A DNA stretch of 64,000 bases, taken from NCBI RefSeq assembly GCF_009914755.1, contig NC_060928.1. One strand, given 5' to 3'. Of the stretch, positions 46,168 to 61,799 are shown piece by piece. A model generated the notes under the pieces. The model ran no database searches and was not told the origin of the DNA. It worked only from the letters and a program-made list of their open reading frames with translations. The translations under genes were made by a program, and so were the position numbers. The stretch's first letter is position 1. The number at the start of each line of letters is the position of its first letter. The stretch comes from the human T2T-CHM13v2.0 reference genome, Homo sapiens.

Positions 46168-48556
46168 GAAGGTCACTGTACTCAAAAGACAAAAAGGAAA
46201 TCCAATCGTTATTTAAACTGGTTGGTATCATTTTCCAGGATTTCTTGTCAGAGGATGTGCTTAGGATTGGATTTTGGCTTTGGTTTTGATTTTAATATCT
46301 CTGTGGTCATTAATAGAATTTTCAGTTAAAGGCTCACATCTCAGGCATTTCACTACTATACTATTTTATATATATAAGCATTTTGCAAAATGTTCCTTCT
46401 TACTTTCATATATTTTGTATAAAATTTACTCAACTGAATTACTATATTTATTCAGTAGGGATAGATTTACTTACATAATCTTTTAAGGACATATATACAA
46501 GATTTAAAGTGACATAATATAGGTAGAGCCATTATTCCTCATCCTTTCCAAATCTCTTTTTTTCATATTTGATGAGCCCAGCCATTCAACCACTAACACT
46601 GAGATAAAATTTACAACACTGAATTCCAAGGAAATATTGTCAACACATCTACCATTGTTTGTAAAAAATAATTTATTTTCTAAATTGACCGATATTAGGA
46701 CAAATTTACAAATATTCCTGGGTTCAATTCAATGCAACAACTTTTTAGTGGGTTGAAGTATGACACAGAACACTCTAAAGAGAATTCTGATTAGAAAATC
46801 CCTATGATAAGAACATGTGCAAATCTTAATGAGCTTACTGTTTCCATGCCAGCTTCTGAATCTGGAAAGTGTTAAAATAATTTTCTCATAATTTATTTCT
46901 TTCCATTGTGTTATATCCATTCCCTTTTCTCAGGCAATACATTCAGTACCCAATGAGTAGTATATTCATTAAGGCTACAGAGAAAGGCAAGGGTTAAACA
47001 AATAAGGACATCAAATTAATATCCAGGCCTAAATGTTTTAGCAGAGCCAAAAAATCTTTAATCATTCAAGTCAACAAAGGTTAAGATAATAAAATAAACT
47101 TCTAAATGCTTTCCTTTTCTGGAACTTAATCTGTCTTGCCAAAGATGTTTTTAAGATGCTATCAGTTTTGCATAGTCCCAGCTGTTATGAAAATTTACTC
47201 GAATACACTAGGAGGAGAAAGGAATTTTATGAAAATGTGAAGCAGAGCTTCTGGGTGGCTTATTGAAACTGTGAGAGCTTAGGACTCATTTAAAACCAGC
47301 TGTTGGCTGATGATGTCGAGACCAATAACCACTAAATCTCCTATTTATCAGGACTCTGTGTTATTTGGCAAGGTGATAGTAACCAACTGATTAGAAGATT
47401 AATATATAATCAAAAGATAACTTCATGACGTTTCTTCATTTTATTGCCTAAGTTTGATTAATAAATTTGCCACAATTTCAGAAAAACATAGTATTCCATT
47501 TTAAAAAGTCATTATTAAACATTACAACAGCTTTGCTTATTTTTAAGGCTATGTTTTTAAGTCACTAAGATAGAGAAAAGAAATATGAGCCATTATCATC
47601 AAAGCCCTGGGTGTCACTGTGATTCCAGGGCTATGGTTCATGATGAGGGCAGAGGCTCTTATGAACTGGGCAAACAAAAAGCCCTCTTTAATGATGAAGA
47701 GAGACAGCGGTAGCAGTAGTGGGTGTAGATGACAACGGGAGAAGCATTAAAAGTCTTGAGACTTTTACAGTTGACACTGAAGTTCTGTTACTGATAAAGA
47801 AATGAAGTTCATTTTTTTGCAAAGAGGGACTTAGAATAAAAGTGGAACAACAACATAGCTTATAGGTTATGCAAACTCAGCATTATGAAGAGCAGAAAAC
47901 AAACTTCATCCATCTGGTTATCCTGAAGAAACAATTACTAATAGCAAGTATAAGCAAGATCTTGATATGCAATTTTCTTTTTAAAAAATTTTTAAGACTG
48001 GTGTGATAATATATACAATTTTCGAATAGGTGCTATTGAGTTGAGAAGTAAAATCTGTATTATAACAAGGTAATTGGGTGTTCTTACAATCCTTGGAGGG
48101 GGGCCAACATTGCCCTGCCTCTCTTTGCTCCATATAGTGAGTTCTAAGGTATTACTCAGTGACATACAGTTTCTAGGGTATTACTATGTGGTGATCATTC
48201 ATTCACTTATGTTTTGGGGGGTATTACTATATGGCCATTCATCCATTCATATGTTTTCTGTTGGGTTGACAGTGTGTGGCCTGCATAAACTGAGTCTATC
48301 ATAATTACAAAGAAAAAATATCCACCTATTTGTGCTTGTGTTCCCCAGCTTTTTCAGTCTTATTCACAGAGGCCTGGGATTTTCAAGTTGAAAGGGTTCC
48401 TAGCAGCAATCTGGAGGCAGCTTGATAGCAGGATTTGAAATTGGCGTTGAGTCCCAACACTGTCTTTTGGTAAATGTATGTGAAAGAACTTGAACAAGTC
48501 ACTTAATCTGCTTGAGTTCAATCCTCATCAGAAAAATAAAAAATCATAATAAAGTT

Positions 48557-48990
48557 GGCCATGCGCAGTGGCTCGCACCTGTAATCCCAGCACTCAGGGT
48601 AGGCTGAGGTAGGCACATCACTTGAGTCCAGGAGTTCGAGGCCAGCCTGGGCAACATGATGAAACCCTGTCTCTACTAAAAATTAAAAACAATAGCTGGG
48701 CATGGTAGTGTGTGCCTGTAGTCCCAGCTATTCGGGGGACTGAGGCAGGAGGATCACCTGAGCCTTGGGAGGTTGAGGCTGCAGTGAGCCGTGATTGTGG
48801 CACTGCATTCCAGCCTGGCAACAGAGTGAGACCCTGTCTTAAAAGAAAAGAAAGAAAAGAAAAGAAAAAAAGAAAAGGAAGGAAGGGAAGGGAAGGGAAA
48901 AAGGAAAGAGAGAAAAGAAAGAAAGAAAAGAGAGAGAGAGAAAGAAAGAGAGGAAAGAAAGAAAAAGAAAGAAAGAAAAAGAAAGAAAAG
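48557..48990 (+). mobile_element. Alu (AluJ-like) with a ~150-nt GA-rich tail
   Basis: Alu body to ~48840, then an (AAAG/GAAG/GA)n pure-purine tract. Confidence 0.93.
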
Positions 48991-49074
48991 TTTTATTAAT
49001 ACGTGTTCTACTAACTTACAGCATTACTTTACAGGATAAATGAGAGAATACATGGAAAATGTAATCTGTAAATA

Positions 49075-49520
49075 CCTAGGTTCAAATTCTGGTTCTGCCA
49101 GTGAGTGATTATTATTTTGGACAAAATATTTAAATTTTCTAAGTCTTGGTTTCCTCATCCATTAAATGAGAATAATAAAAGTAAGTATTTCATAGGTTTG
49201 TTGAAATAAGGTGTGACATCATAGAGTGATTGGCGTATTTTAGGAACTCAATTAAAGTATCCTTATTGTTATTATTTCAAACACAGATATTTCTGTAACC
49301 CCTATCATTTCACATTAATGTTGATGACTTTATAACAACTACCTTATTGATAGGGAAGCAGTCTTGTTCACTGAAAACAGAACAAACTAGAAGCTGAGAA
49401 AGCCAGGTTTAAATCCCATTTCTACCACTTACAATTTATGTCAACTTGGGCAAGTTACTTTACCCCATATTCCTCATATGAAATACGGGAAGAAAAATCA
49501 GGTATGGTTTGTTGAGAGCT
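49075..49520 (+). mobile_element. two MIR fragments
   Basis: Cores ggttcaaattctggttctgcca...ggtttcctcatcc and ggtttaaatcccatttctaccactt...ttgggcaagttactt. Confidence 0.7.
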
Positions 49521-51234
49521 TATTACAGATTTTTTCATATACTACTTTATTAATCCTGATCATAATCATAGATAGTGGTAGTTAGAATTTGATCCCTGTC
49601 CAGCCTGACTTCAGCCCATGTGGATAATCATTTTACTCAACTGCATCCACTTTTCCCGTTTTCCTCCCTGATAATCTATCTCTCTGCACTATAGTAAGGC
49701 TTAGAGATGATGTATGCAACTTACCTAGAAAAGTATCCAGCAAGTTGTAAGACTAAGCTATAGGCAATTATAATTATTATGTGAGGTCTTATTTCCTAGT
49801 CCAACTTTCTTATTCAACCTAGGAATCCCCGACAACTTCCTTTCAGCAGGTTGTGTAATCTCTACTTAAATACAAGGTAAAGTCGTAGCCTCAAAACTTT
49901 GCAATACAAAGCTATGAGGATGAAATAAAGAGAATCAATTATCTCTTTGCGCCCGGATACTCTATGCATGGTGACCGACAGCACAGATAAAGCACCATCC
50001 CAACCCTAAGCCTAAAGGCCTAATGAAATGCAGTGTTTGGAAGAATGAATTAAAGATTAGTGGCAAATCTGCAATGACATCTCCCCAGGAATCAAGGCGG
50101 GAAGTACAATTCTTATGTCAGGATGCATTCATTTGTGGAAATCTAACACTCAGTGCCTCGTAGAATAAAACCAAATGATATTTGTGGTTATTATATTACA
50201 CCTAAAACTGTAGGCCTGAAATTGGTTCAATGTATACTGAAAGAAAGTTAATGCCGAAAAGTTAGCCCACTTTCTCCTGCATTAAATCATATGCCATCAA
50301 CTGTATTCAAAGACGGTCAACTTTCCTACCATTACCTTTTAACTTCTTGCAATCTGACTTCCACTCTCACTACTTAACAAAAGATATTCCTTTAATAGCC
50401 CATGACTCCAAAACAGCAAATCCAAAGGCTTTTGAAAGACCTCATCCCTGAGGCTCTCTTTTTATTCAGAATATTATATTGGCCACTCTTTTTTTTTTTT
50501 TAAGTAGTTTTGTGTGTGGTGTTCATACAATGCAGTGTCCTGCTTCTACCTTCAAATGCTCTCCTTTTGCTGACACTCCTTCCTTCCTCATCCCACTCCG
50601 TAAGTGTGAGTATTTTTAAAGACTCTATTCTAGGGCAGTACTCTTCTTACTCTTTTGCCTACCATGTTTCTAATTCCAGGATTTCAACTCTCCCTCTGTG
50701 ATAGTTCAGCTGTGTAACAGTTACCTCCAGTTATGGCACTGCCTCAGAATTCTAGTCTCATGTTTCTGTTTGTTACACTATTCCAATGAAATATCTCATC
50801 AAGATCACGAATTCAACATAATTAAAATCCATCTTCTCACTTATCCTCCCAACTTTCTTCTGACCTATTTTATCAAGCATCAAGCCAGAAACTTTAGCCC
50901 TATCTTTGTCTTCTTTTTCAACTTCATCCCCTACATCCAACTGGCTTCAAGACTGGTCTTGAATTTTCACCTCAGCGTCTTTCCATTTCACTTCCTGACT
51001 GCTTTTTAAAAAAACTTTAACCTGACTACAACTCCAGGGTCACAGGTCCTCAGTGTCAGCTGAATAGGGACACTTGTTCAAGTGTCCTCAAGACTCCTCC
51101 CTCACCAAATGCTCCTCTATCAGTGTCAGCCCTGATTTCCCTCTTTGTCTACTCAGGTGTTTGCTTGGCACTTGGGGTAAACCTTATTGATTGGATGACC
51201 TAAGTTCCCTTTCAGCCCTATTCCCCTTGTCCCT

Positions 51235-51560
51235 TCCAGCTTTTGGATGACTGTGTGACACAACCTAGCCAATGAGACATGACCAGAAGTCTACTAAGAA
51301 GTTCATAGGGAAAATGTTGCTTTCTTGATTCAGACTCTTTCCTCTCTATCCTTCCTGCTGATATACGCCTAGATGCAATGGTTGGACTTGAAGCAGGCTT
51401 CCTGCAATCATGAGACAAGGCCAAAAGATTCACAGACTTAGTAACATCATTGAATCAACAGTAACACCATTTAATTATATACATAACACTATCAACTGCC
51501 TTCTCCAAACTTCTTTTTATGTGAGAATAATAAACTCATATCCTAGCTTTCATGGTGAAA
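51235..51560 (+). mobile_element. MLT1-like MaLR LTR fragment
   Basis: tgtgacacaacctagccaatgagacatgaccagaagtctac...ttatgtgagaataataaactc pattern. Confidence 0.65.
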
Positions 51561-51816
51561 TTGGAGCTTTTGTCCGTATTTTGGTGACCACTTTGGAATC
51601 TCTTTCTTGGTTCATCAACTTACCACCTCCCACTCCACCTCTCTCCCTAACCCCCGCTGAAATTCTACTCTGACACTGACCTTTCTACTCAGTATGTGTC
51701 CTTGCCTCCAATGATACCTGATGTTCCATGCTAAGTCAGCTCATCCGTTCTGCTTACCTCTCCACTGAGGACTGGACATTGTCTGTACAGCCTAGATTCT
51801 TATGACTTTGTCCTAA

Positions 51817-52266
<450 letters not shown>

Positions 52267-52429
52267 TAAGCACAGATTACTCAAAATTCTCAATGGCTCT
52301 CTAATGCCTACCACGCTAGACATTCAAAATGCTCCATAATATAACTTCAATCCAAAATTTTCCATCTATATGACACAATATTTTACTTAACCTACTTATT
52401 GGCAAATGGAATATTATTTTTTAGGGTCC

Positions 52430-52945
52430 TTTTTAAAACTTACTTTTAATTGACAAATACAAATTATATATATACTGTTACATATGTTGTTTTGAAATAT
52501 GTATACATCATGCGATGGCTATATCAGGCTAATTAACATTTGTATTACCTCACATCCTTATCTTTTTTGGTGAGAACACAATGTACTCTCAGCAATTTTC
52601 AAGAATACAATATATTGTTATTAACTGTGGTCACGTTGCTGTACAGTAGATCTGTTGAACTTATTCCTCTTATCTAACTGAAAGTTTGTATCCTTTGACC
52701 AACATCTCCTAAAACCCTCCCCACCAGCCATGGGTCACCACCATTAAATGCTCTACTTCTATGTATTCAACTTCTAAAAATTCCACATATAAGTGAGATA
52801 ATGCAGTTATTTATCTTTCTGTACCTGCCTTATTTCACTTAACATAATGTCCTTCAGGTTCATCCATGCTGTTGGCAAATGAAAAGATTCCCTTCTTTTT
52901 TAAGGTTAAATAGTATTCCATTGTGTATACCACATTTTTAAAAAT
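52430..52945 (-). mobile_element. L1MA 3' fragment
   Basis: ttaattgacaaata...ctcagcaattttcaagaatacaata...ttccacatataagtgagat...ttcatccatgctg, an antisense L1MA 3'UTR pattern. Confidence 0.8.
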
Positions 52946-53264
52946 CACAAATGGAATATTATTGTTCCTTAACTAAATCCTGCCATTTTCTACTTGGATA
53001 ATATTGTTTATACTATTTCCTCTTCCTGGAATATGTACTGTCTTGCTCTTCAGTGTATCCTCCTAAAGATTACCAATTTATCAAGTTCTAGCTCAAGTGT
53101 CACCTCTTCCACAGTTGACAGTGCTCATTTAAAATGAAAGAATTTTCACTTTTCTAGCACCTCTTGGTATATCTATTTGAGGGATATAACATATAACCAC
53201 ACAGTTTTCTTACTCAGGTACCCATGAAATTATCAGCTTCTTGAGGGCCATAATGATATAACAA

Positions 53265-53885
53265 TATTTTATTCATACATTCAACAAATATTTATTGAAT
53301 CTTCACTATTCTATGTGAAGGGGTATGAACAAGACAGAGAAGAACCTTGCTTTTATGGAATATAGGACCTAAGGAGGGAGGGGGGCATACTTTATAGATA
53401 ATGAGCAAGTAAATACATAAACAAGATAGAATAATCTCTGGTTCAGATTGAGTAGTTAGAGAAGTTCTCTCAGAGGAGGTGATATTTGAGATGAAGTTTC
53501 AATGATAAGAAGAACCCAATCACAAGAAGACCAGAAGAGGGCAAATGGAAAGCTGTTGAGTTGGGTGAAAGTGCAGTGTGTCTGAAGAGGACATGGAGGA
53601 CAGTGTGTGGCTGAGTGTTGTAGGTGGAGGCAAGACTAGTGTGAGATGAACTGGTGGGGATGGGCAAGAGCTAAGCACAGCAGGTTGGATTTCATTCTAA
53701 AGTTTTACACAGGAGTAACATGATCTAATTTACAATGTCAAGTGATCTCTCTGCCTGCTGTGTAGAAAATGGATTATATAAGGTTAAGAGTGGAAATAGA
53801 AAGATTAATTGGAAAGCCACTGAAGTAATCAAGAACATGAAAGTAAGTTGAATTTGGTGGTTAGTAGAAGAGAGAGATAAGTGGA
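53265..53885 (-). mobile_element. L2 fragment
   Basis: attcatacattcaacaaatatttattgaa start; caggagtaacatgatctaatttac motif. Confidence 0.75.
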
Positions 53886-56373
53886 CACATTTATTGTCTC
53901 TATAGTATTAAGCACAGTATCTTAAAGATGGTAGCTGCTCAATATATACTGCTGAATATATGTCCAAGTACTTAAAAATAGTCTCACATTCTTAATTTCT
54001 ATATGATCTTCAAGTTTTTCCAGCTTCGATTTACCTCTTATGGCTTAATTTATTCCCACTGGACACTTGGGGAGTCAAAGAGTTAAAACTTCCAAATATT
54101 CAAGAAAATGATATAGGTCTCATGATGGAAATTCACCTGACAAAGAGCTGACATGATGGAGTTTGGAGTTCACATTGTTATTTATGGGAAGAAATAAACT
54201 ATTGGAAACAAATGGTAAAAAGCGTAATTCAAAATCTGCAACAGGATGAAAATGGACAGGGTATTGGAATACAAACTCTACATTTAAAAAAAAGAGAGCC
54301 TTTGGTCATCATCAGCAAGAATACCGTGCCTAAATAGAGAATGTGGGTAAAATTAATTTTCATTAAAATTGGAAACTTTTCCAGTTCTTGCTTTTGATGT
54401 TTTTTGAAATATAGAACCTTCATCTTACTATCTTGATATGATCAATTTCCTAATATGTAGCTAATACTATCTTACTAGATAGTAATGTTTACAAAATTCT
54501 AAGAGCACTGAATGAGACCTGCTTGGAATCTGAGAAAAGACAGGCAAGTCAGTGGGTTCTCATTCTCTTTCACCTCTACCTTCCAGGACATTTAGATTCG
54601 TACCCATGAAGATTCATCCTGTATTAGGAATTCAACCCAAATTCCTTCAATACAAAGCAAAATACAGAGGAAAATGAGATCACTTTTTGCCACTTTCCAC
54701 CTGAAATGCTAAATGGGCTCTGAATTGAGTGAAACTTGGCCCCACTCAGTGTGAAAACTGGCTGAAATCTGCATGAAAGGCAGTCTGGGTTTGTCGAAGT
54801 AGTTCATGAACTTTGGCCAAACTTTCAAGGAACCTGGTCCAAGTCTTAGTTTGTAATGCAACATGAAACCAGGTGAATTTCAGATGGTTTCAGGTTTCAT
54901 CCTGAAAATTTGGCCTAGCTTTATAATCAATCATCACTCTTTTTAACGATGAAAGCCAACACACCTTTTTGAAAATGAGGACTGCATGCATACTGATGAC
55001 AGCTAAGCTGTGAACCACCCTTCACTTCCTTTGCCAAAAGAAGATTTCTCAGAATGGAAACAGTTTCCCTCTTACCTGGAAAGGGGAAGTTGAGTGATTT
55101 TGATATTGCGTGTAGAAAGAAATGATACTCGATATGAGGAGACATGTCATGTGAAATAATCACCACATACAGAGCAAATGGCTGTATTCTAATCACTTAA
55201 GGTTATGAGAGTCTTATTTTATTCACATCCATGACAGTGGATAACGTGGTGTTTAATCTCCTAAAATGAGCATTTGGCTTGAAGCTAGTCATCAGCCAGA
55301 GTAACTGCCACGAGAAACAAAATGCTGTGAAACATAATCAGTATTTCTATATGAAGAAGTGACTGAAGAACAAAAGGGAAAGTATAATAAATCATAGCAT
55401 AACTTTTGTCTAGTTTAAGAAACATGAGGAGATAATACAACTACAAACCTTTCAAGTTTGCATCAACTGCATCTTTTGCAAAAATATCTCTATGCAGTAT
55501 AAATGCATTTAATAAGTAACTAAGCACAGTGAATTTTACAGAAAGACCTACATAGTTTCTTTTTTCAACCTGAAAGTTTTAAATGAGCCTTTCCACTGTA
55601 AAAAATTACTCTATTCAACCAAATACTTGCTTTTGTGCATAGTGACATGAGAAAATTGAGAGGTATGTCGAACGGAGCCACTACATCATTGAAACAGTAT
55701 GTCTGAACATTTGGGTAATAAGGCACAGATGTGAAGTAGAGGACTTGGCACTACCAAGGTAACAACAAAGCATTCACCATTGTGTTATAATGGTTAAAAG
55801 GGCCACATCTGAGAAGCTTAAAAGAATGCTCCCTCCTACCTGCAATGCTAAATTGTATTACACCTTTTATCTGCTTAAAAATCTATAAAAACTAGAAATT
55901 CAAATAAGTATCATGCAAACTTATGGCAAAGAACAAATATGTAAAATGCACTGATAATTTTATCTGTAAAAAAACATTTATGCAATAGCACGTAAGGTTT
56001 AACTGCAGCAAAAGGCCAAATTCAATAGAAATCCATATGGCCTCTATGTTGTGAAACAATTCATGCAAATCTGAAGGACTCAATAGTCACGGGAAAGGTG
56101 GCTGCTATTGATTCTTAGAAGTGATTCTGGCCCTTACTCAATATGTCTAATTATTGTAGAATTTTCTATTTATAGGCATCAAGTAAAGATAATGCAACAG
56201 AATACATCCAAATCGTTAATCAGGTTTTTTTCACTTACAAGTGGTATGGTATTTTTGCCAGCCATTACTGAACCATGTGGCACAAAGGCAGTTATGAAGC
56301 TGGGGTACTTTCATTCAATAAACTTGGAGTTAGAAACTAATTTTCCGCCCAAGATAGGTAGAGCACAACTTAC

Positions 56374-56400
56374 CCTAGGTCCCTGATCACCTTGTTCTCC
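56374..56400 (-). CDS. COL25A1: COL25A1 coding exon, 27 nt, GEQGDQGPR
   Basis: tattctacag|GGAGAACAAGGTGATCAGGGACCTAGG|gtaagt. Confidence 0.95.
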
Positions 56401-56539
56401 CTGTAGAATAGAAAGGTGAGATAACAGTTTTAGCCAAAATTTATACATGATGTTCATTAAAAAGATCAAAATGTAACACAGTATAGGTCACGCCAATATG
56501 GATCTTCACTAACTTTATTTCTGGTATGCATTTTCTTAC

Positions 56540-56566
56540 CTTATCGCCTTTTGGACCAGGAGGGCC
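56540..56566 (-). CDS. COL25A1: COL25A1 coding exon, 27 nt, GPPGPKGDK
   Basis: ctttcttttttcag|GGCCCTCCTGGTCCAAAAGGCGATAAG|gtaaga, followed by a 139-nt intron to the next exon. Confidence 0.95.
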
Positions 56567-56759
56567 CTGAAAAAAGAAAGAGAAAAAAAATTTTAATTAA
56601 AAAAAGATATTGTAAACTGAATAGATCAGCCAGGTTAGTTGAAAGATTCATTCAAAGAATACAGAGATAGCTGTCAATGAGGTTTCTCAAGAAATTTTGG
56701 TTTCTAAACTATAATCATATTAGAATGTGAAACATATAACCATATATGTTTGTGCATGT

Positions 56760-58450
<1,691 letters not shown>

Positions 58451-61400
58451 TCCTGGGCCTCATTGAGATTTTCCTTACCTTTGAACAGAAATACTAATTC
58501 TAGAGGCACTGATACATTTTCTAGCTCTTAAAGATAAAGTCATGTTTTGGTTTCAGCCCACCTGAGGAGCTGGAGCATTTCAGAGTCACCTTCTCTCACC
58601 TCCATTTTCAGCAGGGCTGAGGAAAAAGGACAAGGCTGGACAGGAAACAGGCCCAGGTTCTAGCAAAGTACCCCATCCTAGGGGCCAGTGGAGGCTGCTA
58701 TGTCACTGCAGGTGGGAACGTAGCAATGCTCCACCTTCCAAAACATTTCCTTTTGCTAAGTACCAGCTACAGAGTAACTGCACCAAATTCCCATTCTCAG
58801 TGTGGCCCTTCTGGTAACAGCTGTGAAATTACCATAAAATTACTAATAACTACATCATGTCCTATACTTTGTGTCTTTTACCATTGACAAGAAACTTTTT
58901 CACCTGTTATTGCATTTAATCTTTTCCACAATCCAACGAGATAAGTATTATGATAATCCTTTTACAGATGCCAAAAATGAAACTCAAAGACTATCAATGT
59001 TAGGCTTCTTGTGAGTTAGAAAGGACTTTAACCCAGTATGTGTGACTTTAAATGCAGAGGTTTTGACACAAAGTATTGGAACACAGCTCTGGAACTAGAG
59101 TCTCAGAAAGAAGGATACCTATCTGGTGCCTGCCTTCAACAAGCGCCATCTAAAATGCCTCCCTAGTGCATTTTCCACAGTGTCACAGACACTAGTCCCA
59201 GCGTCTCAAGTTCAAAATGAGAGAAAGGGGAATAGAGGAGGAGTGAGGAGGGGCAGAGGGGACTAAGATAATGGAAATCAACTTTATAAAACCTTTTTAT
59301 CTCTTACCCCCAAAATCATTTTGCAAGTTAAAAGAGGAAAGAGAAAATATTATTTTTGTTTTCAATAAATTTTTAACATTTTTATTATTTTCCATGAATC
59401 AACTAGTAATTAGTGAGTACAGTCTGTGTGTTCATCTCTGGAAAATTAAGTTTAAGGACTTTATTCAATTATTTTTAACACATGCAAAATGCTTACTAAG
59501 GTTATACAAGTAGGATTTTATTTGTGGTGGGGCAGATGAAAGCCAAAGAAAAGAATAATGAGAGGATATGACCAAATTTAAAAAATACAATTGAGGTTCT
59601 AGTCTTGATTTAAGTAGCATGTTAGTTAACTTTATTTCGATTTTTACACACATTTGTTGAATGTCTATACAGTGTGGCAACACTGTAAGCACTGGTGGAA
59701 CATATATGTTTGGGAAAGGCTGATTTAGAAAGACATGGTCCCTGTCCTGGAGAAGCTAAATAGCCTAGTGTCTAAGGCAAACAGTTTCCACATAGTAGCA
59801 TTAAGAAAAAACGACCTCTACAAAACTCAGCTACATCAAGGTCAACTGTTACTATAGACACCTCCCCAGCCTCCATATCCACCCCCTTCCCAGGTTTCTC
59901 TTTAAACTTTTGTTTGCTTTTGCCAGTGAGATTTCACAGGCCACATCTCCCATTGTACCAGTCCTCTAAAGGCACCTTGTTAGGTTACACAGCATCTTTA
60001 AGGACAAAGTTTTTGTGAAGTTATTTGACAGTGAGGAACAGAGACAACCCTTTTCCTCAAAGTCCAATTACTCATGCCAAATCCACGTATCAACTAGAGT
60101 TCTTTAGCCAACTTGCCCTGAGCAAGGATGCTTAATTTGCATCTACAATTGAGCAATAAATATTGCTGCCTCAAAAGATGGTGTTTCTGAGCAGACAGTA
60201 TGGCGTCCTGGCACCTGCCAGCTTAGGACAGAAGCAAAGCCGAGGTCAACCTCCATGCACAGCTGCAGCGGCTGCTTCGGACGCTCCGGCCCCGACTTGT
60301 GCACTTGGATTAACAGCAGGTGTTTTCTTCTGCTCTGACTGAAATCCCACTCTTCCTTCCGAATTGGACCCTCTTCACTGAAAATATGGGTTAAATTTGC
60401 AGAACAAAGTGGGCTACCTTAGTAAACACAGATAGTATAATATTTCCAAAATTTAGAAGCCATACTTCTTTTCTAAGTCAAAAAATTACAAATGAAAGAA
60501 AGGTTTATTTGAACATTACCCTTTAAAATTAAAATTGGGGTATTAATTTTTTTTTATCTTTAGCATTAAAAAAGCTAACTAGTATTAACTAAAGGATAGG
60601 CAGCAATAAAAATTAATGGCTATTTGAATTACAAATTATTTTTCAATGGCACATTGCTGTTTCCAACTAAACCAAGCTCAACAATCTAATATTTAGTAGA
60701 CATATTTATTGTTCAGGTGACAGTATCAATGGCTGATTGGTAACTATTTGAAGATAAAACTTTGTTGCTCCAACAAGGTTAGGGTCAATGGAAAGGAAAG
60801 ATGGTAAAATTAGCAGTCATAGGGAAGTGAACAGTGAGTCACAGCTCTATAGAAGGCCCTTTTGGGGACTCTTGTCCTGGTTTGGTCTAGAATCCAATAG
60901 TCAGATCTTTTATAAGCCCCACTTTAATAAATAAGTAGGAATATTTGATATGATCTTTTGAATTAGTTGTATGTAATTAATCCTAAAGTTAATTACATTA
61001 ATAAGTACTTAAGGGTGCTAATAAAGTTTTTATTTATTAGTGTTGTTAGTAATTAGAAGATTTATTTTAGGGCATTGTTGGAATGTTATTAACTTCCTAC
61101 ACCAAAGGATTTCTAAATTTCTGTGGCAAACTTAAAATTAGCCCCTGTTCAAACGGCTTTACATTCAGAGTTTGCAAGAACCACCCTTCTATTTGTAAAA
61201 AGCCTTTAATGTGGGTTTTGGCCTATACCAATTTAAGTCTCCTCAAATCTACTTCCGTTTAAGTAACTAAGGTTTTAGCTTTTTTCCTATGCTCTATTGT
61301 CTATTTCAATTAAATGATAAAACCAAACTAAAAACAAAGAGAGGCACAATGAATGACATTCAGGAAAATATTGAATTTCAATCTACATAACAGCAATGGA

Positions 61401-61799
61401 AATACAGCTGGAAAAGAGAGATATATTCATAGGCCTGGAGTAACCCAATCATGGTTTTTTATTTACTGGAACTGTAAATTATATTTGCTTTGAACTGGAA
61501 AAAACTAAGGCAGGAATAGTTTTTAAAAGATGACAATCATGAAAACAAAATTAAATTCTGCTTGGGGTAGAAAAAAGTGGAAAAGGAGCAAATGCTGGGA
61601 ATTCTTGGCAGCCCGAGTGCCTGGAATAAGAATGGGGTTATGACTTCTATCCCAGGAAAGAATAGATAAGTTTATTTTTATTCATGAAATATAACAAAAC
61701 CTTTTCTGATTAATCTATTCATTGCTGTAGAAATATGAGGACAAGCAAGCTTCATTCTCTAAGAATTTCTGGCTCACTATCAGCCAGGCGATGTACTCT

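Noticed and set aside
47603-47632. Small hairpin AGCCCTGG...CCAGGGCT
   Set aside because: Only an 8-bp perfect stem, which is expected by chance in 64 kb.
48712-48999. Lys/Arg/Glu-rich ORF
   Set aside because: Translation of an Alu arm plus its GA-rich tail.
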